Positions 54,951 to 64,000 of a stretch of 64,000 nt of DNA are shown here, one piece after another. The position numbers and the translations under genes were made by a program. Source of the DNA: Eledone cirrhosa (taxonomy: Eukaryota); NCBI GenBank assembly GCA_964016885.1, contig OZ024741.1:176886001-176950000 (forward strand), given 5' to 3'. The notes under the pieces are model-generated. The model had not been told where the DNA came from and did not search any database. It saw only the letters and a list, made by a program, of their open reading frames with translations. Position 1 is the stretch's first letter. The number at the start of each line of letters is the position of its first letter.

Positions 54951-55464
54951 GTTTAGGGAGTGACGGAGAGAGGGGGAGAGGCAGAGACAGTGACTGTGGG
55001 AGTTTGTGTTTAGACCTGGTGTATATATATATATATGTATTTATTTAACACCCCATTTTATCGTACACTTTGATTGCTTGGTGCATTCCACACTTTTCTA
55101 CAAACCATTCATCCATTCATATTTTCGACACAGTACAAGCCTTCTTTATAAGAATATCACAGCTGCTATCAATCCTTATATCCTCTCTCAGATTAATGAG
55201 ATAGCCGTATACATGAAGATTTGCGGCAGCTATTCAGCTCTTAACAAGACATTTCCAGTTCCAATTTTCCAGTACCACCTCCCACTGAAAGGGTTTGTAT
55301 ATTATAGCTTCTGGCTAATGAATATAAGTATGAAACTGGCGAAACATTATGTTTGTAGAATTTCGGCTGATGTATATGTCTGCGAAGAAGCTCTGCCAGT
55401 TTCGGCCTTTGGCGTTTCCGTTGTTAAATTAAAAAAAAAAACGAAACCTCCTATTTAAGAGCTC

Positions 55465-55660
55465 AATATGCACAGATGCGTGTATCCTTAACATAATTCT
55501 CAGGGCGATTCAGCTACCTTTCATGTTTCCTAGCTGAGTGAACTGAAACAAAGGGGAAAAAATGAGAACTGTTTACGGACACAACGCGTCGAGGAGAATC
55601 AACAAGCTCAAAAAATTACGAATGCCAGCCAGGCAGCCTGACTACTAAACTAAACGCTTT
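55465..55660 (-). mobile_element. SINE family B, decayed
   Basis: CCTTAACATAATTCTCAGGGCGATTCAGC, reverse complement of the 59410 copy. Confidence 0.55.
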
Positions 55661-55992
55661 CATTTCGTCATATGCATAGTCGGCTATTGGCACGAATCTC
55701 ATATTCAGTAATGTGATATTTGGAGCAATTAACTCCACGTTTTAGATTATAATCCATAATATTATTCTACTAGAATCTATGCACGTAATGAATAAATATA
55801 GTTTGAAAATGAAAAATTAATTTATTATACATAAAGCATTTATATTATACGTAGCCAAACTGACCGAATGGAACGGAATCATTGAAATAATATTTATATT
55901 ATCGGTAATATTTGTATGACAATTGTGTGGGATGAATAATTTAAATCAAATGTCATATACACACAGAGACAAACACAGACATACACACACAC

Positions 55993-56052
<60 letters not shown>

Positions 56053-56359
56053 TTATATCTGTGTGAATATATAACTTTGATAACATAATCACTATTGGAA
56101 TACGAAGAAAATTTAAATATGTTTAAGAAGTTCTCTAAGCAGCCATGTGGTTCCTAGAGCGTTGCACCTTGGAGAAGTGCGTGGAAATGGTAGACAGAAG
56201 CACTTCCTATATATTTATATTTATGAAATTTACACTACCTTTAGAATTAAGCCGCTCGTAAAAATCTAAATTTATGATAATTTATGCATTTCTAACAAAT
56301 ATGTAATTTCCAAAATAACCCTGAAATGTTCATGTTTATTTCTAGGGTCGATTTCTAGC

Positions 56360-56550
56360 ATCAGATAACTTGCTATTGCGATATTTGTTATGCTTGTTTG
56401 CGGTCTAAGTTCAAATCTCGCCGAGGTGAGATTTGCTTTTCATCATTACGGGATCAATAAAATAATGTACCATTCAAGCACTGGCTTCGATTTAATCGAC
56501 TATCCCTCCCCAAACTGGATGGCTTTGTGCCTAAAGTAGAATAAATTATT
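56360..56550 (+). mobile_element. SINE family A, old
   Basis: AGTTCAAATCTCGCCGAGG plus core. Confidence 0.75.
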
Positions 56551-56599
56551 GATACTATTTGTAACTGTTTTGTTCTAGTAGTTGTTATACCAACACTAT

Positions 56600-57128
56600 A
56601 CAAAAAGAGGGAGCCATAGCCAATGCCCAAAGTTCCTTTGGGCTATTCCCTCAATTTCAAATTTCCAACAATCTTCTTAGAGTTCTTATTGTCCGCAACA
56701 AGGCTATTTCCTGCAAGAATCCTGTCCTGAGGGTAATTGCTAGCTTCTAAACCCATGCATCCAACATTCTACTGACTTTTCTCAGTGCGACAACAACAAT
56801 CGGTACCAGTTCTATCTGCCTGATTCTCCACAGTTTCCTGATTTCCCCCTTCAGCCCTTGGTATTTCTCAAATTTCTCACTTTCCTTCTCATTCACCATG
56901 TGGTCCCACGGTGGAGCAATATCCACAGTAAAGGCCATGTTACCCTTCTTTTATATGAGAACGATGTCATACTTTCTAGCCATAATAGAATGGTCGCACT
57001 GGATGATCATGTCACACAAGATATTAAACTATTCATTTTCAGCCACCCTTTCCGGTTGGTGTTCATACCACTTCTCATTTCTTCTCAAGTCATACTTATG
57101 AGGAGCTTTCAATGAAATAATCGTGACT
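56600..57128 (-). mobile_element. R4/Dong-type LINE 3' fragment
   Basis: KWYEHQP..VAENE..KILCD..IQCDH; TVDIAPPWD..EKFEKYQGL..LW..LVPIVVVAL. Confidence 0.85.
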
Positions 57129-57145
57129 ATTATTATTATTTTTCA

Positions 57146-57274
57146 TTGTTATTTTTTTGTTACATCCTCTGTTTTTGTTTTTTACACGCAGAAATGCCCA
57201 TTTGTACCGTCCTGTATTGTCCTGCACTGTCCTTAATGTCTACTTTATGTAAACCCTTGTGGTTAATAAATAAA

Positions 57275-57275
<1 letters not shown>
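57146..57275 (+). mobile_element. Tx1 LINE 3' terminal fragment flanked by (ATT)n
   Basis: CAGAAATGCCCATTTG..TCTACTTTATGTAAACCCTTGTGGTTAATAAA, closely matching 53093-53165. Confidence 0.9.
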
Positions 57276-57349
<74 letters not shown>

Positions 57350-57727
57350 ATATTATCATTATTCTTGTTATTATTACATTTCGAGAGATTGGGCAAATAA
57401 ATATTGTGCAAAAAACACTTGACAGTCAATGAGATCCACATGAAATCATTTTCAACGGTCAAGATACCGGAAATTACGGATAAACTGCTTACGGTGTATG
57501 CAGGAGGGAGATAAATGACGTTTTCACCTGAATAGATAATTCAATTGCAATTGTTTAAAGTCACACATTATATACAAAAACATGTCGCGGAAAAAAAAGG
57601 AAGTAAAGAATGAAAGTAGTTTCCGATACACTGGATAGGATAAGCGAAGGTATTTACGTAGCTATCGAAAAACGAGAGAAAGGCAGATAAATAAAAATAT
57701 AAAAAGATGGGTATAGCTGTTCGAATA

Positions 57728-57775
<48 letters not shown>

Positions 57776-58296
57776 CTGTAGGACTAGCACAACGTGGTGC
57801 ATAACAAGAGTGTATATGAAGGCATATACGGTATAGTTTTGTATAATAAATATACGAGTATAAAGCTATGAATATTATGAGCTGTGACCATGTAATAGCT
57901 AGTCTTAGTACCAACTATCAGAAATGTGTTACTGGATTTTATACACCATTGGTGACATTTATCCACTCGGTATTGAGACAAGAAAAAGCTTACACATTTT
58001 TTCAGAATGAAACAACACCTTTTATACTTCATTGGCATATAGTGAGAAATTGAATGGATTGGGTAAATTTGCAGTAGCACTAACTGAGTGTGTTTCATAA
58101 TAGATGTTTAATTATACATTATACACAAGAACATCAAATGTGTCTTCATAACATTATTTTTAAGTAGATTATGTTGGTGTTACAGCCAACACACACACAC
58201 ACACACACACGCACACACACGCACACATACGCACACACACGCACACACACGCACATACCCACCCCCCCACACACAAACACATACGCACACACACAG

Positions 58297-58327
<31 letters not shown>

Positions 58328-58499
58328 GGAGGTGAGTTTTATTGTAGTACAATAAAGCAATGCAGATATCGGATAAGAAGCACTCTACAATGTGTAGGAC
58401 TGAAGTATATAAGAGTATATAATATACTGGAGTATATATAATATATTGAAATGCGCATAATAAAATACATGTAACTCTTTTAACCATCTTTTGATCTTA

Positions 58500-58574
<75 letters not shown>

Positions 58575-58577
<3 letters not shown>

Positions 58578-58860
58578 AAGACGTAAAATAAAAAAATTTG
58601 AAAAAAAATTAAAGATTAACTTACTTACTAAAATTTTCACTCCAACTAATTAGTTTCTGTAATGGGATAAAGTCCCTAGTGTCCGCGCATTGCCTGGAGA
58701 CTTAGCTGAGAATAGACTCCCTGATGACGTAATGAATTCTCGATGGTTATATTACGTAACTATCTTTATCCCATTACAGAAACTAATTAGTTGGAGTGAA
58801 AATTTAGTATGTAAGTTAATCTTTAATTTTTTTTTTATTTTCTTATTTTACGTCTTTCAC
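58575..58860 (+). mobile_element. Fold-back hammerhead cassette next to (TA)n
   Basis: Inverted arms 58575-58672 and 58764-58858. Confidence 0.85.
58716..58797 (+). ncRNA. Type I hammerhead with extended helix II
   Basis: ACUCC-CUGAUGA-CGUAAUG[37 nt]CAUUACA-GAAA-CUAAUUAG-UU-GGAGU; 8-nt palindromic helix III; C.A mismatch at the base of helix II. Confidence 0.8.
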
Positions 58861-58970
58861 ATTATTGTTCTGCATCCTCCTGCATTGAACCACCTAGGTA
58901 CTATGACATAACCTATGTATTTGCTAGCATTAGTGTACATCTGTACGCATATGTTGGTAGATATACTAAA

Positions 58971-59064
<94 letters not shown>

Positions 59065-59268
59065 AAATGTTACATTATTATGAGAGAGAATGGGGAGAGG
59101 AAGCGTTATAGAAGGAGACGATAGAGATAATTAATTGCCAATAGCAGGTGCATTTGTGCTCGATATTTGTGCAGACAGAGTTAAATATGAGAAGCATTAA
59201 TATTTAGTGTAAGAGCTTCTTATAAATACATTTTAACGGCTTGCTTCTCTTTCATATATTTCTTCAAT

Positions 59269-59301
<33 letters not shown>

Positions 59302-59409
59302 TCATGTTGATCGAGACCAATTAGATTACAACTGTAACACAAATGACCAGTCATATCACACACCATCTCATGCTGATTCTATCTTGAGTACATGTGCCTG
59401 TATTCTGCT

Positions 59410-59680
59410 CAGAATTGAAAGGCCGTGGGTTCGTTTCCTGGAACAAGACACTTTGTTTCACGTTGTTCCAATCTACTCAGCTAGTTAAAAGGATTTTTAT
59501 CTGTAATTCGAAGAGCCAGCCTTGACACATTCTGTGTTACGCTGAATCTCCCTAAGAACTATGTTAATGGTACGCGTACATGTAGAATGCACAGACACTT
59601 GCACGTTCATTTCACAAGCAGGCTGTTACGTTGATCGAATCCACTGCAACACTCGTCGTCGTAACCGGCGGAGTGCCAGT
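59410..59680 (+). mobile_element. SINE family B
   Basis: GGTTCGTTTCC B-box, CAAGACACTTTGTTTCACGTTG core and full 3' region. Confidence 0.8.
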
Positions 59681-59864
59681 CAGTCACATGTGCCTGTAGA
59701 ATGTCTAGTCACTAGCAGGTTCATCCTGAGCTAGCAGTTCCGATGGTCCACCATACACTGACATTCACACGCACAAGTCAATTGCCTAATAGCTCACCCT
59801 TAGGATAAGCTGTCTCTATATACGTGTCTCGTATGGCGGTATATGCTTTGTAAAAATATACATA

Positions 59865-60060
59865 TAATAATTGTTTTTACATTTGGCACGAGGCCAACAA
59901 TTATCCCAGTGCATTACTCGTGCTTTATTTTATCGACCCCGTACCGACGAAAAGCAAAGTTAACCTCGGCGAGATTGGAACTCACAAAGTAAAAGGCCAT
60001 AAATCTACGCTGCAAAGCATGTTGTCCGGCGCTATACCGGTACTGCCAATCCACCACCAT
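59865..60060 (-). mobile_element. SINE family A
   Basis: Full-length match to family A. Confidence 0.85.
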
Positions 60061-60989
60061 ATGCACATAATAATGTACAATAAAGTATTTAAAAAAAATC
60101 TGTATATAATTGTGTAGATGGCGATATCATGATTATTTTTTTACATTGCTTAAAAGTGTAAGAAATTAGTAGCAATAAAGACAATTACATGAAAACAATG
60201 AAAATGATAGTAATAATTTGCACTATGTTTATACATGAACCAATGTTAATAACACGTTATTATCTATTCTAGACAAGCATCATTATATTGTCTATTATAT
60301 AGTCTCGTAAAAGTCTCACTCTCTATATTATATTACATGACAATATTCTCATAAATTTAAGTTGAACATATTGTTCCAGTTTTGGATACCTGAACGCAAT
60401 TCCCAGTTCCACACCATTCTATTTCACATTCTCTGCTTTCTCAAATCTTTTTTTGATCACTACTTTCAAAAATTTGCATTTTTACATTTGTTTATCATTA
60501 TTAAGCTCAAGTAAAGTACCAGTAATACACTGGTTAATTGTTGACCTTGTGCCAAAAGTAGAAACATTATTAAGCTCAACTATGGTTGATTGAGTCGCGA
60601 TGAATATCGGCGAGATTTACGTTAAGATTAAACATACCTATAAAAAAAGTTCAATTATTTACATATTAAATTCCGAAAAGTATGTACCCTCGATCAAACA
60701 ACTGAAGCAAACGACTCCTCGTCGAATCCACGGTAGTAATACCTGTTAAACATTAGTGTCTATTTTTAAATCAGTTATCTTTAAAAAAAATCAAATATGA
60801 TTTTAAAAATGTGCAAACACCAAGAAACAATTAGTTTTGAGGGCATACGATATCATACAGTCATTCGTAGTTCCCCAGCTTAATGTTACATGCGAAAAAC
60901 AAACTTGATATGAATTTACATCTGAGGTTTAGAAAGTTTCCAAACATTTTATGAGAATAAATAATACATATAATTCACTGCCATAGACT

Positions 60990-61045
<56 letters not shown>

Positions 61046-61589
61046 CTGTTTCAATGCATGTTATTTTGGTATATTTTAATGGTTTTCATATTATATATTT
61101 ATGGCTCATGTCTGTTAGTTCATTGAAAAGTGGGTAACCAAGCAAAAGCCTAATTTGATCAGAAAATATTTTTTCTTTCGTTATGAACTCATAAGGGATT
61201 TGAAAACTTTGCAGATAGAACTTCATGATATATAGGAGCAGAGATTTGGGGAATTACATTATTTACTTCGAAACATCAGAATTTATCTTTGGTATGTAGG
61301 TATAAGTATATAGATATTATAAATCTATTTGTACATCAATATGTGCCCTCTTAGATCACATCTATTGTTAGAACACCTGAAGTGTATAATAGTTCTAGTG
61401 TAAAAAAAATAGATGTAAAAGTAGTGATACAATATACATGTTAGTAACTGTTATATTTAATATTTCATTATTTAGTGAGAGACACCAATATATATTTCAC
61501 AAATAAAAGGAACGAGAACATTTTGTACGATTACTTATTATTATATACATTTGTATTTTCTATTTGTAGATCTTTCCATTACTCAGCAT

Positions 61590-62770
61590 TTCCCTGGTTA
61601 ATCTTTACTCATGTCATCACATCGTATTCTTCGAGATCAGATCGTGGTTTTGTTTCCACACCAAGCATCTGCCACTCAGGCCCATCGAACAGCTTTGGTC
61701 AACTCGTGTCTGAGCGCACGCGCCATAGTTCTTACAATACAAACGTCGTGCTTTGCGTTAAAGAACTGGCCGAGAGCCAATCTCGACGCAAGAACGTCGG
61801 TCGCGACGCCTTTACTAAGTGCCTGGACTAATCTTTTAACCAATTCTCCCTTTTACACTATTTTACCCTATTGCTAAAGCCTTACTGAATCTAATGGACT
61901 CTATTCAAATGTATGATCTGTGTAGTCGAGTATCTTGAATTGTGGACAACCTATGCTAGATCTATCGTCACAAAATACCCTATCGGGATATAATTTGGAT
62001 GACGCGATGTGCTTTGTCCATGTTCATATTAGCACATTCGACCAATCCAATCGGAACCTGTCAGACAGTTGGACGCATCTGAGTATATATGCGAGGCTTT
62101 AACACCTCCCGTTTCTTATCCGCTAGAACCACACAGTCACAGCTTCCATCCACGATTCCGTTCCAATTCCCCATTAACCTTAAAGGGTGGGATTTTTCCA
62201 GGAAGGTCTACAGTCGCCTGAAGAAATCAGGCCGTTCTGCATTTGGCAGCGTATAAACACCCACTAGACTGAACGCATAGCCATCGCTGTTGGTCACAGC
62301 CAACGCCACCAACTTACCGCGTGAGTCCTGGAGGATTGTCCGTATCACGAGATGCAGGAATTTCCGAAACAACACAGCGATTCCGACCACAAATGCCAAA
62401 CGGCGTCGTAACCGCCGAAAATGGGTGCGGGGCCGTTTGCCTCGGAAATTATGGCCTCGTTGATGGCCATCCCATCTATTTTCATTGTCCTGAGATCGTT
62501 GAGCAGATCTTCTTGCTTCCATGACGACTCCAGGCCAGGAGCAATTACACTGCTTACTCTGTGTAACGCCATGTTGAAAGAATAGAAGGAAAGGGTAGAT
62601 ATGACCACTTACTTCAGTCCTGTGGAGGAAGGAAGATTCCCCATTCCTTTTGCTGGTTGTGGCTCTCTCTCCGAAGGAATTATTTGTATATCCGTCCCGA
62701 AAGAGTTTCTCGGAAATCTCCAATGCCACTGAGGGATTTTCCTTGGATGGCCTATATTGCAAGTTATTTG
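61590..62770 (-). mobile_element. Tx1 LINE fragment (ORF1 end, APE endonuclease, linker)
   Basis: WKQEDLLNDLR, GKLVALAV..AFSLVGVY..RPDFFRRL, MGNWNG, DRFRLD; homologous to 49554-50600. Confidence 0.85.
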
Positions 62771-63104
62771 GAAACTACAATAATACAAATAAGGATGTTA
62801 AGTGAGCCACTGGGTCAGATATTTCGGGAGAAGGGAATGACGATTACATTGATCACAGAATTTACTAGTACTTAATGTTATCAAGCCGGGGATGATGTAA
62901 GACTACGTTTGCCTCAGTGAGTTTAAAATTCAAAACGCAGAGAGCAGAACAATTTTCGGCTTGTATGCGACGCACCAACATATTTCCTATAGACACGCAC
63001 AGAAATACGCAAACACACGCACATTACCCCTATATAAATAAATAAATATTTAAACATATATATGTATATATATTTTCAAGACCTCCTTCTGTCAAGGCTG
63101 ACCA

Positions 63105-63662
63105 TGGGTAGTATCCTGTTGTCAGCTCAGCTGGAGCAGCGTCTCCCTTGGCTAAACAAACCTATACGTGAGTGACAGTCTCTGTCACATTGGACACATA
63201 TGTATATGGTCTCAGATCTGTTGGATTTATTGCACTCCTTTCGTCGGGCTCTCCCGTCCACTGCTGCAGTCATCAAACTCTCCTCCGCTGATTTGAGGTG
63301 TTGATTCAATATGTGTTTCTCCATCTTGGCCGGTCAGCTGCGAGGCCTTCCCAGCACTCTGTATTCATCTCACTGGCCTTCATATCTCTCTTCATAATAT
63401 CCTTGTATCACAGCCGAGGTCGACCGGTGGCTTTCTTTCCAGAGGCCAGCTCACCTTATAAGATGTATTTTAGAATGCAGCGATCATTCATGCGCTGGGC
63501 GTTTCATAGCCAGCGAAGTCTGCACTGCCAGAGCAGGGTAAACATGCTGGGAAGGCCAGCGCGAATAAGCACATCGGCGTTGGGTACTCTGTCCTGCAGG
63601 GATATACCCAAGATACGGTACAAGCTTAACAGATGGAAAGTATTGATCGCATCTCCTGACTA
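63105..63662 (-). mobile_element. RTE (BovB/RTE-1-like) LINE 3' part
   Basis: LR.ILGISLQDRVPNADVL, ILKYILYGELASGKK.TGRP.L*YKD, WEGLAADRPRWR, CVQCDRDCHSRIGLFS. Confidence 0.9.
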
Positions 63663-63695
63663 ACATATGGGAACCATAACGCACATGTGTTATTT

Positions 63696-63885
63696 GCGGT
63701 GGATTGGCAGTATCGGTAGAGAGTCGGACACCATGCTTTCCAGCATAGTTACGTCCCTTTACGATCTGAGTTCAAATCCCGCCGAGGTTGACCTTGCCTT
63801 TCATCCTTACGGGGTCGATAAAATAAAGTACCAGTAATGCACTGGGTAATTTGCTGGCCTTGTGCCTAAAGTAGAAACAGTTATT
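63696..63885 (+). mobile_element. SINE family A, young full-length copy
   Basis: A-box TGGCAGTATCGG, B-box GAGTTCAAATCC, core GCCTTTCATCCTTACGGGGTCGATAAAATAAAGTACCAG. Confidence 0.93.
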
Positions 63886-64000
63886 TAATCTTCTATAAAA
63901 CATAGTAGTGAGGTAAATATTGCAGAGAGTAGTCGTTGAAAAGCACCTCTTCAGAAATGCTATTCACTGAATTTGGCGAAACAGTTCTACGCGTAAACTG

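Overview
AT-rich, microsatellite-dense animal genomic DNA. It is probably from an octopus or other cephalopod (inferred from the tRNA-headed SINEs with a Nin/Deu-type core and the extreme (TA)n/(CA)n density). I cannot support any intact host protein-coding gene; most ORF-track entries are microsatellite artefacts or transposon fragments. The window is dominated by decayed mobile elements: Tx1/L1-type LINEs (largest 48.9-53.2 kb), R4/Dong, CRE and RTE LINE fragments, at least four Penelope-like elements (PLEs; one near full length at 35.2-37.7 kb), a mariner, a decayed piggyBac, a probable Helitron and more than 25 SINEs, some stacked at one target site. The main unannotated signal is a large, sequence-diverse set of type I hammerhead ribozymes (about 9 well-formed, about 10 decayed). 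They sit mostly in short non-coding, often fold-back cassettes inside (TA)n tracts. They show palindromic helix III, U3-A8 core covariation and, in several cases, long or branched helix II insertions. One fold-back cassette has captured a 211-bp copy of neighbouring DNA.
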